Of a DNA stretch of 64,000 bases, positions 25,423 to 39,400 are shown in pieces. Origin of the DNA: Phoronis australis (taxonomy: Eukaryota; Animalia; Phoronida); assembly GCA_002633005.1 (NCBI GenBank), contig NMRA01000062.1, positions 853,981-917,980 on the forward strand, written 5' to 3'. The notes below the pieces were generated by a model, which saw only the letters and a list, made by a program, of their open reading frames with translations, ran no database searches and was not told where the DNA came from. The position numbers were made by a program, and so were the translations under genes. Each line of letters begins with the position of its first letter. Positions within the stretch are counted from its first letter, which is position 1.

Positions 25423-25731
25423 TATGGGGTTAAAACTCTCCAGTTTGGAACAGTCTCCAAAATATAAGACATGGACATTGAATTTTTTTTTCTCGAAAAC
25501 TAGGACATGGGTGATTTTGGTGTTCATCACATTTCTCAAATTTCGCACACAGCCTTTGTATCAACAGAGTCTGAAAAAACTAGACCTGGCAGTTAATTTT
25601 GGCCCTATTTCTGGTGATTCTTGAATTTGCTACAGCCAGAATTGCACATTTCTAAAATTTTGTACAAGCTCTGTCAGCCTTGAGCAAAGTAATTAACTTT
25701 TCAGGGTCCCAAGCTGGAGAATTGTTACCGA
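25423..25731. mobile_element. Tc1/pogo-like MITE, family B
   Basis: Termini tatggggttaaaactctccagtttgga / tcccaagctggagaattgttaccg; colinear with 48969-49265. Confidence 0.65.
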
Positions 25732-27173
25732 TGTCATCTTCTTATCCTGTGACTTGAAATTTGTTACAATAAATCCCCCCCCCCCTTACTTCAGTTCCAT
25801 CAGGACAACACTATAGTGGCTGAAGCCACCAGACTGTGACAGCTAAAGTTCACCAGTAGGAAGCAAAATGAGCTGTCAGTAACAAGATGAGAACGACTTT
25901 TTAACATAAAGAGGCCCAACTCAAAAGTTTGTTCTTGAAAGAAGACGTGGGGTATACTGCCCTGGAATTTGTTGACAAAAGGCAGGTTTTATACTAGCAT
26001 TAAATATTCAAAAGAAAATACAACCTCAAGATACAACAATAGCACAAAAGCGAGCTACAAAAATAAATAACATTTACAAACATATCACATGGCTTCAGTA
26101 AGTGGATCCCACACTAGAGTATCAGAACACACAAATGTAAACGTTAAATCAAATCGATAAGAGACACTTATGATATACAATACATGCAAAACTAAGGACT
26201 GAGCAGAATAAGCTATATTATTGTTAAGCCCCCTGAAGGCAAGCCAATATAGAGACAGGAATGACGCCGTAACAGGAAAAGGGAATTTTTACAATTGTAT
26301 TTTCACCATGTTACCTACTCCTGGGATTTGCAGATATTACACTGCTTCTGAAAATGTCTTTCACGCCTGAGGGTACAAAATTGACTTGTAAAAACATTCG
26401 AAAGAGAACTCCCAATAGGAAAATCAGACGCAACTCAACTAGCAGTGACACCTAGTATATTTTCATGGAGGCAAAGTAATCATACGGTCCATTTGAGCCA
26501 AAACGAAATCACAGTCGCCAATGTAACAGGAATGACCATACGTAGATAACGAGAACAGAAACAAATATCGCATCATTCTTTTTATCACAGACACAAATTA
26601 CAATGGACGTGATACATTCCATACAGGTGGAAAACATAAAGGAACTTACAGGTTTATCTTCAATCAATACAGTTGCAACATTGTGCTTGGAAAATATAGC
26701 ATTTTATAGACATAATAAAAAGTTAACGTCAACCCTGACTTAGTTTTATTATTTATAATAAGGCACTATGTACTGGCAAGATCTCACTTGATCATCACAT
26801 GATTCATAATATTCACAGAAAAGACAAAACAGTGGAGTCAATAGAAAGACATTCATTTAGGATTTCAGCCTTTATAACCTAGAGTTGGAAGATTACCACT
26901 ACAAAAATATCATATCTATCTGTTGCCCATATATAAAAATAAGTTGTCTTGACTGACCAGTAAATAATCTCAAGCACGGACGGATTCAGCCGGGATGTGC
27001 TTGCGTGCACGGAGCACCGTCAATTAACCAGAGCCAGGTACACCAAATATGTAAGTATCGTACATAAACAATGTTCATAATTCCATCCTGAGCACAGCAT
27101 ATCAAGATCATGGCATTCGGTAGTAGGCAATTTTCTTCAATGATGACACTGCATGAAACCACACCCACGACTG

Positions 27174-27462
27174 TCATTCAAAATCTTTGATGGACATGTT
27201 GACCTCCTTCAGCATGGCATCCAGTTCTTTTTTCCTCTTCTCAAACTCGGGTGCGTCCAATCCCAGCCACTGTAACAACTCAAAGTAGGAGAATACGAAC
27301 GCCCGTGTGATGTCCTGTGAATGGCTGAGACCGTTAGCCTCCAACTGAAGACTCCTGTTGAAGAGAAGTCTAGCCTCCAACTCTTTTTTCTTCCGTTCCA
27401 TTTCTTCAGCAAGTCTTCTCGCCTCTTCCAGGGCAATCCTTTGCTCTTCTTCAAGTCTCAGC
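27174..27462 (-). CDS. KIAA2012: KIAA2012-like terminal coding exon (LRLEEEQR...SIKDFE*)
   Basis: ccaattgaag|G phase 2; contains the conserved ITRAFVFSYF motif; TGA at 27174-27176. Confidence 0.88.
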
Positions 27463-30400
27463 CTTCAATTGGAAATAGCAGGCTAATTACTTATCTCTGT
27501 GATTGCTTGGCCAAAATAGTTAGAAACACGACATACAGGGACAATGTGAATATGAAATAGTTTGAAAATTGCCAAATGTTTTTAAGAACGAGTTTTGTGT
27601 CGAACTCCGCCGCAAACCATGAACCGTGTCCAGTAACGTGGTGCTGGGGAATAACACTGCATGGAGTGGGCTATGTAAGCTTGCGAGGTATGTCAATAGT
27701 GCAAAGGTCAACTATTTGCAAATTTTTTTGTTTTCAAATTTACAAATTGTCAATGAATACAACTGCACTTTGTTCAGCGTAGATGATGTTCAAATCCTAC
27801 TATATATTAGCATAGTTAAGAGCATGCAAATACATTTTAAAAATTGTGTGCACAGAAAGTTGTTAATGAGTGGTTGCAACCGACCGAGCCAACATTAGAC
27901 ACACAATGCTTGGTAAAACATGACCCGTCTGCTTACCGTTCCTGTTCCCGTAGCAATGCTTGCCTTTCCTCTTCCTCCTTCTTCTTCCGTTCATACTCAA
28001 GTCGTTCTTCTTCCTTCATCTTCGACAACATCAACTCTTCAGCCTTACGTCTCTCTTCCTCTTCTGCGTCACGCCGCGCTTGCTCCTCTGGAAGAGAGTG
28101 ACGCCGTGAAGTTGTTAAAACCACAACAAACCATGTTTTTGTGTTTAGCACATAGACATGCTTCACATTGGAATTGTTCATACGTAATAAATTGGCTGGA
28201 AATTGCACATTACAACTGCTGCGTTCGCCGAAATTATATCAATGACAAAAACTTCGACCTGCAATATGTTTTTAATGTCTTTTAACCCAAATAATGACGA
28301 TTAAATAAATTATATTTGATTTTTAATATTTCCTCACTGTCTAGATGCTTTTATTACAAAATATGAAGCCTGGTGCAAATAAATTCAACTTTCATACCGA
28401 AAATGTAATGGATGAAAAAAGTCAATTTGATTCATTAATCAAAAATAAAATAATTCATTAAAGGTGATGGAATTTTTGAAATGGCACGTTCCGAAGAAAT
28501 CTCTTGGTTACGTTGGATCCAGTGTCTAGCACTCATGTGCATCCGCCGAATTTTGGCGCAGCTATACAAATACAGTACACGTCAAAAGTATTCACACAAA
28601 ATGACCCGAAAGCCCATTGTGAAAGCTGGGTGGAACCCGAACTAATCGTTAGAGTTGTCTCCCCTCACAATCAAGAATGAAGGGGAAGTAATGAATCAGT
28701 CAGTAAGTTGGCTAAACCACTCTGTAATTAGAGATTTTGCAGCCATAACAGTGATTACCAGTGATTACCAATCACTTTTGCTGTTACAGCATTTAGGCAT
28801 CAGGATGGATGGACCATATTTTGTCTGATTACTTTCACCACATACTGCAGTCTCATTGGCCTCACTACGAACATGCACAGCAATAATTCATGTGTCTAAC
28901 AGCACAACACACGACTGTACCCCTTCTAATAGCCTCTTCCTCGGCCTGCTTTTTTCTCATCTCCTCCAGGCGGCGCTGGTGTTCCTCCCTCTGCCGCCTT
29001 TCTCGCTCCATCTCTCGCTCCTTTCGTCTCTGAGCCTCTCTTTCAGCCTCTTCCCGTCTCTTCTCTTCCTCCTCTTCCTGCTCCCTCTTCAGTCTAAAAC
29101 ACACACTACGTGTACATACCATGCTAACATAACCACTACTTCATTGCACCCTGAATTCATTGTTGAAAACTTGGCGACACTGTGATAACATATGGATCAC
29201 TTTAATTTTGTGTCATACAAAATGGACACAAGCTTATTGCCTCACTTGTTCGAGAGAACCATGGCTAGCAATTGGTTAAATTGTCTGTGTTCAATCTCAA
29301 TAAAAGTGATTGTACTTGAAAATTATGAGGTGACAAACTGATTACTATGACGACCACAACATTTGACTACAGTAGTATGTACAGTTAAGAAGTAAGTAGC
29401 CTGCATTCTAAATAACAGGAAATTTGTAGTTTCAGTTAATAAGATAACATCAAACACATTGACTTTCCGCTGTAAGATTCTCCAAGATGTGCCACTTACC
29501 TTGAAGCCTCTTCTTTTCTCCGTCTTTCCTCCTCAAACTCCAACTTCATTCGTTCACGAGCCTCCACAGCCTCTTTCTCACGCCGTTTCTTCTCTTCCTG
29601 TTCCCGTCTCTTGGCCTCTACCTGGAGTCTCCTCTTCTCGGCCTGCGCTGCACGCTTCGCCGCACGTGCTTCTACGCTAGATATCATCTTCAGTTGAGAC
29701 GAGGTCTCCTGTTGGGAAATGAAAAGTTTATTGACAGCATGAGGACAAATGTGACTTGAAAGCGTGCCACTACTAGCGGTACCAGACAATCATGATGCGC
29801 AAAGTAAGAATCATGAACCGAAACCACTGAACCATATGCTCCAACCAGAAATTATAGGCATGAACCACAAAATCTTACATATAACCAAAAAATCACAATA
29901 AACACAATTACACGTTAGACATGGTCACAACTTTTGGAAAAGCATAAATATGTGTGTCCGTAAATTTTCCCCGCATGTTTTCACGACAAAATGGTGTTGG
30001 ATATTCCATCTAGTTGCAGAGTTTTATAATTCTACTGAAAGTTGCTACAACTTGAGATCTTATCTATGATTGGGAAGGACAAAGAGCACGTGCCTACCTA
30101 CAGTGCAAGACAAAAGTAATTAGACAATTGTAATTACTCGTTTCAGGTCATGACCGCTAATTCTGCCCACCGGAAAAATTACTCTTAATGACAATTAAGG
30201 TGGGAAAATTTTAATTGCCGAATGGCTTAATCACATCATTAGCTTTCCTGTTAATTATCCTTCATTCTCCATCACGAGGCGAGACAACATTGAGAAATGA
30301 ATTCATCTTCTGTCCAGCAGTCAGGACGAGGAATTCTGGGTCATTTTGTCTGAATACTTTTGGCTTGCACTGTATTTGTTACACACAACATATTCTGCTG

Positions 30401-33400
30401 TCAGTCAGACTAACAGAGAATATTGTTGACATTTCTAGTTAGACGTGTGAGCAATTTTCAGCGATTGCCAGGACCAGCAAGTCACTTTTAACGAGAAGAC
30501 ATTTTGAAAAATTGCTTTAAGTAAACTTACGGAACCCGTATCAGAGAAGTCGTCTGAGATATCCGTGCCCACCGACTGAGCTAATGACTTGGCTGACTTA
30601 GTCGACTTGGAAGATTTTGGTGGTTGAGGAGATTCCTCCAAAGGCTCCACATCGGGCGAGAATTCTTCACGGACTATGACAAACTCCATGTCAGGTGACT
30701 TCACAGGCTGTAACAGCAGCACATCTGTTGTTAGGTCTGATGTTACTTCAGATTTTTTAGAAAAAAAGGAATGCTGTTGGCATCTTTGCTGAGAACACAA
30801 TGTGGTATATGTTTTGATACATAAATTGCTCTCCCAAAACGAGAAACAAAATCATTGGTCCAGGTAAAACAACCTTCCGGAATTGCACAGATATTTCTTC
30901 ATGCCAAAAATTTAACCTCCACCTGAATATTATTGGAGCTTATCAAATCACCAATTGACAAGAAAACCATTTGTAACTGAAGCTTTTATCCCATTCTGGA
31001 GTTCCATACGGAATGGGTTTGAGTGAAAACATTTTGATACTTTGTTAATAACAAAACCTGTTTCATGAGATTTGGATGAACAGGAATATTATCTACTGAG
31101 AGCGTAGGCTTTGTCCCATTACAAAAGTTGTAAACACCTAGTGTTTGTTTTTGGAGATTATGAGCTTCAAACATAAGTAAAGAAATGGACTGAGCTGAGA
31201 ATAAAACAGACTACGAGAAAAACAATGAAAGATCACGTGAGTTGTGAAACACCAAATGATATCAATAGTGTCAGGTGATAATAGGGATGCTTATGATGTC
31301 CAGGAGCCTGTTTCATGAAAATGGCAGAGATTTGGAATGACACTCCCACATCACAATTATTAAATTCACAATTATTAAATGAAGGTTTAGCCAAATAACT
31401 AGGAACGCACCACGGTCTAGAAATAATTTGTAAAAATTATCTTAGTAACTTACAGTTACGTGTATATTCGCAGAATTTTTGCACTTTTGCTCAACTGAGA
31501 TTTAATTATTTTTCAGAAATGGTTATGTGGAACGTCAGAACAAATTTCTGACTTAAGTCTTCGGTCACTTTTCATGAAACAAACTCCAGGATGCTGCAAA
31601 CGAGAAGTCATAATAATGATGTGAGAGTTTGTGAAACAATGTGACATCGGTGAAGTGTTCAGATCAGCACGTGAAATCGTGTTCACCTTTAGCACAACAT
31701 TGGGCACTACAGTGACGTGAGAAAGTTACAAGTGAAATATTTCGTGACAAAAACAGTGGAAGTACATTTTAACAAATACTGGGAGCAGATTCACATACCA
31801 GGAGGTTTAATATCACAGGAGGTTATTCAGTTTCTTTTAAGGGCAAGTTTTACGTTCCTCCAAATGTGACAAAGGAAAAGTGGAAGAAAACATGGAGCCC
31901 ATGCCCCCGTATGAATCTGCACCAGTCAAAAGAGTGAAAAAATAAACATAAACTATGTGGTGACACTATTCAGAGTGATACTGCCAGAGGCCAGTTGAAC
32001 ATGACCACGACCACATCTCTTAAGATCAGATATAACTATTGTTTTGTAGTAATTCTTGCTAGTAAGCAATGATCTCAGAAATAGTTACTTACATGGGGTG
32101 CCCGGATTTTGAGAACCAGTTTGATGCCCATCATTCAGAGGAGAAAACTGGTTCACAAAATGCAAGACCCTCGTAAATGACTATTACCACGGTCTCAGTG
32201 GCTATCGCTAAGAAAACAAACGAGAAAAAAGCCACTGGTGTGGACTGGCCTCAGGCAATTCACTGGTATTGTGGTAACTCGTGGTGATTGCTGGTGTCTA
32301 CTACTGACACACAGAGTGTCCACAGCAGCCCAATAGTGAGTGTGTCGTATACCTTTACTGTCTTATCAGAAGACTGTGCTGGGACATGCTTGTAGGGAGA
32401 GAAGCACATGACATGAACGTGACTACAAACTAAACCTAATTATCTTAGTAAATCTATGTTTACAAGATCATGCAGGACGACTATGTAAATGACTACAGTA
32501 ATATGTTAGGCACTGTTTTTACAGATGGTTGACAAAACGACAAAGTCATTTGCACATACGATATGATTCAATAAGTGAACTGATTAAACATAAAAAGCAA
32601 GACAAAGAAATATTACAGAAATATACATTAGTCAATAAAAAAGTTGTTCGTACATGGCTGTAGTAAACAATGTTTTAAAAAGGTTGATAATGTGCGACTA
32701 CGTGAAGCTGTTCTGTTTAGAGGCTACGATACACATAACTAAAGTCTGCAGTTAATGGTTCCAGTGAAATTTGTAAAGATGACTAAAGAAAATGAAGTGC
32801 TTAAACCTTCATCTTACCACGATCACAATATTATGTAGTTTTTAAACTAGTGACACTTATAAGAGCCAAGTTAATGATTACTTCTGTCTATAGCTGGATG
32901 TCAATTAATCCCTGCTTTTTCGGCATTTCTAAACAGCCATCGAGTGAGAGAAACGCAGAATAACTTAACACCAAAAAGTTGACAAATACCCTGTCTGACA
33001 ACTACCAAATGTATGTACATTGAATTTTATAGTAAAACTAGCCGAGCACACTGAGCCTGAATCATTCCCACCAATGTCAAGCATGGCAACGTAGCCTCTT
33101 ACCTCTGGTGTGGGTGTGGGTAACGGACTTGCTGGTTCACTCGGCTCTTTGGGCGGCTCTTCCACAACAGGAGGGGGAGGAGGCGTGGCACTTTTTTGTT
33201 TCTCGGGAGTCTTTTTCTTCTTTGGCTCTTTCTTTTTCTTTGGCTCTTTCTTCTTGACAACTTTTTCCTTGGTCTTCTTCTCCTTGACTGGTTTAGCTGA
33301 TAAAATAAAAAGATCATGTTCCTTATACAATAGCAGACAGTCACGTCTAGTGCCTGTTACAGTAGCAGACAGTCATATCTACTGCTAGCTACAGTAGCAG

Positions 33401-36400
33401 ACAGTCATATCTACTGCTACCTATATTAGCAGACACTTATATCTACTGCCAGCTACAGTAGCAGACAGTCATATCTACTGCTAGCTATATTTATTTAGCA
33501 GACACTCATATCTACTGTCAGCTGCAGTAACTGTTATAGACAGTCACGTCCACTGACAGTTACATTTAACAGACATTCATATCTACTGCTAGCTACAGTA
33601 GCAGACAGTCATATCTAAATGACAGCTATAATAGCAGACAGATAGGTCAACTACCAGCTATAGTAGCAGACAGTCATATCTATTACCAGCTACAGTTAGA
33701 AAACAGCCATATCTACTGCCAGCTACAGTAGCACACAGTCACATCCACTGCCAGTTACAGTAGCAGACAGTCATATCTACTGCCAGCTACAGTAGCACAC
33801 AGTCACATCCACTGCCAGTTACAGTAGCACACAGTCACATCCACTGCCAGTTACAGTAGCAGACAGTCATATCTACTGCCAGCTACAGTAGCAGACAGTC
33901 ACATCCACTGCCAGCTACAGTAGCAGACAGTCACATCCACTGCCAGCTACAGTAGCAGACAGTCACATCCACTGCCAGCTACAGTAGCAGACAGTCATAT
34001 CTACTGCCAGTTACAGTAGCAGACAGTCACATCCACTGCCAGCTACAGTAGCAGACAGTCACATCCACTGCCAGCTACAGTAGCAGCAGTCATATCTACA
34101 GCCAGCAACAGTTAGCGGACTCACCAAGGCCACTGTTTACAGTTATACAGTCAGTCCAAAAACATCACAATGGCATGCAACGTCACTCACCTTTTTCACT
34201 TGCCACAAGAGGGGGCGTTGGCTGTTTATATAAATCCTCCAGTTCCTTTTTATGGTCCACCTTTCCCACCACAAACTCCTCTTTACTGCCTGAACGTTTG
34301 GACGGCGAGCTTTTCTTGCTAACAGAGCTCTTAGCGCTCTTGCCTGGTGACCCTTGACCCCTACTGCCGGCCTGTGCCAGAATGGGAAATATTGTTAGTG
34401 AAAGGAAGAAACATATTGAAAGTATCTGAGGTTTTTATTTCTGTGTTTTCGGTCATGTGACTATTATATCTACATATTAAGCTTCACACTGGATGATGCA
34501 TATTTTCAGAACCAAACTATTTTAACAAATAGAAATCTTAACCCACGAATAATACAATAAAAATGTGCCACCTGTTTTCACTTTTAATGGGGTACACTTG
34601 CTTAAGCTAGTATATTTAAAATGGGGATGCATTCTAATAGCGCACACAAAAAAGCGACAATATAGTCTCGAGACAAAGTGAGATGACCTATTGTGATTTT
34701 TAGATCTGTTTCACTTAATTTCTGCTGACGAGTCAAAATATACAGGTCATCGTATCAAGCACGCCTTGAGCTGATCAGCTGTATTGTTCTTAAGAGAGTC
34801 AAAAAATACGATGCAAGCTTGGGAGAGTGTGTGCATTCATAGTAAACAGAGCTACACTGCCATGACTTATAGTGAACAGACAAGACTGCCATGCTTTCCC
34901 CCCAATTTGAGTACAACAGAGGGAGCTGTCTAGTACACTGTGCAAGGAGTAAAGATTAACCATAAGCAATAGGTTTCTGTTTGTACACGTAAACACCAAT
35001 ATTTCCGTACACATTCAAGAAGGAAAACAGAAAATGTCAATGCTACCTATTCACACTCCACTTGAGAGGACCAGTGCATCGAATATTTTCCATACACCAA
35101 ACACTACCCACACTTTCACAATGTCTTCATCAGGACCAATGTGTGTCTACTATTTTCCATTTATCAACCACTTCCCACATCAGTCTTTCACAAATTCTTC
35201 ATGTGGACCACCATGTGTCTACCATTTCCCACACACCAACTATTAGCCATACCTTCACAGCCTTCTCATATGGACCAATGGGCATCTTCTATTTCCGACA
35301 CACCAACCACTACCCATACTTTCTCAAGCCCCTCATATGGACCAGTGTGTGTCTACTAGACTTCCCAGACACCAACCCCAACCCATACTTTCACAAGCTC
35401 CTCAAATGGACCAATGTGTGTCTACTATTTCCCCACACCAACCACTGCCCATACCTTCACAAGCTCCTCAAATGGACCTGGTCCATTTGAGTCCAATGTG
35501 TATCTACTACCCCCACACCAACCACAGCCCATACCATCACAACCTTCTCAAATGGACCAATGTGTATCTACTACCCCCACACCAATCCCTGCCCATACCT
35601 TCACAAGCTCCTCAAGCTGTGTCCTCTCTTTCTCCGACTCCTCCTGACCAGGTACACCTCCGTCAGCAAACGACACCTGAGACTTGCCTCCTTTGCTTTT
35701 ACCTGACTTCACAGAGGAAGCCTTAACTTCAGCTGCTGCAACCACTTCCTCAGGACCAACTGTTGCTTGTAAAGTCTCAACAGGGGCCGCTGGTGGTGTG
35801 GGCACTTTTGTCACCTCTTCCGCAGGTGTAGCTTCTCTCTGACCATAGTTGATGACATCTGGTTCCCCGACGTTGGTTTCGATTTGCCGCTCCGAAGGGA
35901 TAGACCGAAGGCCGAGCTTTTCGGAATTTTTTGCTGAATCTTTAAAAAAGTGCAAAAATAAAGCAATGATATTAATATAATATATAACTAACAAGCAGTG
36001 TTAAGAATAAAACATCATATTCCAGTGCTAAAGAACCATGAAGTGCCATCTTTGAAACCAAAGTATTTTGGTTCATGCTGAGGTTGGAACCCTTTGTTTT
36101 GTTTGTTTAATAGGGCGAGTCCCAATTACACGTGATCAAACACGGGACCAAACAAAGTTCACTGAGGATTTCTTAACCAGAAAGATTCAACACCATAAAC
36201 TTACAATTTTAGCTTGACCTAATTAGCCTTGCGTGGCACTTGGCGAAGTATCACAAACAGAAAATACAGCAATATATATGTTACTTTGACTAAGATCTGT
36301 CGTTTCATTTCCAAACCATCACGAAATATAAAATCCATTACTTTGCAGATTTTCTAATTTAAAACTCATATGACTGAATTCAATCCAAGCCTGTTATATA

Positions 36401-39400
36401 AACCACAGCTATAGCAGATCAGTGACTCCCGGGGTCCATTCCCCAATGCAACTTACTCTGAAGAGAACCCCAGTGAGATGACATATTTTACCCATAATGC
36501 ACCTCGTCGAAGACTGGTGTCATCTCACCATACTCTCAAGATTTTCTGAATGCAGCCTTAGGTGAGTGAACAACTTGTACGTTTGTACCTGACATTCCAA
36601 TAGTCTGTTTTGTACGTACCAGTCTCATTTCAAGTCATTATAACACACAGAAACTCTCATTCACATTAAGACAAACTCCATGATAAGAATTCCCAAAGTT
36701 ATCCACTGAATATCATAATATTTGCTTCTCACCATGTCTGAAACCTTTTGCTTATGTCAATATATTTGTGCCATGCCTGTAGAATTAACTGAAAAATTTA
36801 AAATTAATATTAATACTGACTCTGTCTATGAGCTCACCTGGCTCCATGTATGTGTGACCCTCCTTAACGCCACCTAGAGCGTCAGAGATGGCACTCTTCA
36901 CACTGCCAGTGCGACTGCGAATGACGCTCTTTCCGGATTCGACATCACGGACAACTTCGATGTCATCTGGCGTCACCGACTTCTTGAGCAAGGCATCAAT
37001 CAGTTCAGGACTGACCTCGGCATCAGCAGGGACATCTATTGATGACCTCCGTGATACTGCAGCACAAAACAAATGGTGATACTGACAGAGGATGTCCTAG
37101 GCATTTCTCAACAGACGTCAGTGGAAAACCCTCATCAGTCCCTAGACTCATAAAATTAATCATAGGAAATATTGGTTTGATTTTCTGATATCTAGGTTAT
37201 CTGCAGATTTTCCAGTGTTGGTAAGTCTCAATTGTTACCTAACATGCCATATTCAACTTATATTAAATAAATAGAACCACAAGTACACGAAAACAATTTT
37301 TTTATTCAAGCTGCAAATTATTAAAAATATTAACCTTTAAAATCCTGTTAACCATAGTAGAAACTTTAATGTTCAGAAATCTTTCAATGAATAGCAGTTG
37401 AAAAAATCCGAGGAATCAAATGTGATTACATTTAGCATTCTCCTCAAAACATCAATAATCTGCTCAAAAAAAAACCTTAACAGCAATCCAGACTAGTCAC
37501 ATGACTAAATAGCGACACATGACTGGTCCACTGCTATGTAAAATGCTTATTACAAATGTGCTGTATAACCAAATTATAGCACCATGCATGGCCAAATTAC
37601 TTTTCTCATACTATCTTTGCCTACCTCATAAACTACAGCCCTAAAAATACTTTTTGTTCTACATAATTGTGAATCCACATTGAACTCGCTAAACTGTACT
37701 CACAAACACTGGCTAACGTCTGCCTGATAAGATCAGTATAGTCCTCAACAGTTGGTCCAGCACTCTTGGAGGTCTGTCTCTGTAGCATGGCATCAATGAC
37801 TTTCTGCAACACGCCAAGCAGACAGTGTAAACATGGCAACAGGTACAATAGGGAATGATCGAGTAACGATTGAAGATGCAGGATACAGTAACTAATGCCT
37901 TCTAGTTGACTAAAATTTGCATCACTTTTGTCTGCAAGTGACCTTTCCACCATACTCTTTAGAAAGTTGAATGTATAATATATTAGGTAGGATATATGAT
38001 GTGAGATAAGAATCATGACGCATGTAGAACACAAAAGGCTAAAAGGAATGAAGAGATCGTAATAATTATGCCTCAGAACAAGCTATAGTCATCATAACTA
38101 CACAGCAGAACAAGTTACAGTCATCATAAATATGCTTCAGAACAAGTTATAATCACCATAAACATGTCCCACAACAAGTCATGTTCATATTAACTATGCC
38201 CCAGAGCAAGTTATAGTCATCATAACTATGCCTCAGAACAAGTTATAGTATCGTGACAATTATGCTCCAAAGCAAAATATCTCATCATAGTTAGGCTCCT
38301 GAACAAGTTTTAGTCATCACAATAATTCTCCAGAACAAGTTATTGTTGAACTGACAACATGAGGCTAAAACAGGGGAGTGGTGATGCGGAATACACAAAA
38401 CAATGGCGGAAGTGACATGATCATTAAGATTTAAGGATACATGTATCCCACTTCATAAAACCAAGGTTTAGGCTGTGCGTGCAACTAAAAGGATTTCAAA
38501 TAAATTTAATTTTGACTTAAACAGTTGCTGTTTTCCAGTAAAAGTTGCTGCTTTTCGAAAGGCCATGATTATGTGCAACCGGTCAAATCTTTTGCAGAAA
38601 TTTTTCCGCTTTAACTGATGCTACATGTAACCTTAAATTAGCCCATGCTTACAGTTAGGTAATCAAACTAAGAGATCAGCCCAGAGTTGACATGTATTTT
38701 CTCTGTCACATGTAAGCTAGACACAATGAGCAAAATGCACCTGATCTGTTGACAGTCCTTGCAATGACTGGCTGCGTGATATAATGTTCACTGGGTATCT
38801 TTCCATCCAGATTTCAGCTGCAAGCTGGAATAAGAGAGAAGTGTGAGGCAAATTGAAGAAGGCATGCAGCACATTAAGACCTATCTTTATGAAATTTGTT
38901 ACCCAAATTTGAAGAACTGCAGAATGAAGTAACACCGTTGTTTTGGGCTAATACACGCTTACCAGGTATCTGTGATGCATGTCACATGACTGGGTAGTTC
39001 TGACCAGGTCAAAGAGGTCTATGCATGATTGGGTTTTACAATTACATATGTTTAATGAAATGAAGGCCAAAAATATGACACCAGAATTACCAAAGGGGAA
39101 ATATGAAAGGCATAAGAAGCGATGACTTAATGCATTCCTGGAACATTTACTGTATTCCAATTGAACCGATATTGAAAAGTGTGTGCACATTTGAGAGCTC
39201 CTGCATATCAAAGTACCTGAGTGTATAATATAAACCACAGAGTGAGATACTCTCCATAATAAGTTGGGTTTAACCTAGTATACTCATGCCATTTAATTCG
39301 GTCATATGTGGTTTCCAATCGGAACACCATTTTGTGGACCTGTTCTCGTTTTGGTTAATATAGCCATTTCATAATGACAAGGGAAAAGTCCTGTCAATAT

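Noticed and set aside
33330-34150. CRISPR-like appearance (32-bp palindromic repeats)
   Set aside because: Units are head-to-tail with no unique spacers, there are no cas genes, and the context is a eukaryotic intron
35034-35726. Overlapping plus-strand ORFs of 70-142 aa
   Set aside because: By-products of the ~66-bp minisatellite and of the antisense strand of an exon
36450-36475. Acceptor-1 nt-donor patterns on - (ttctcttcag-A-gtaagt here; tttcaacag-G-gtgagt at ~46449)
   Set aside because: Inclusion would frameshift; consistent with chance or cryptic sites without RNA evidence
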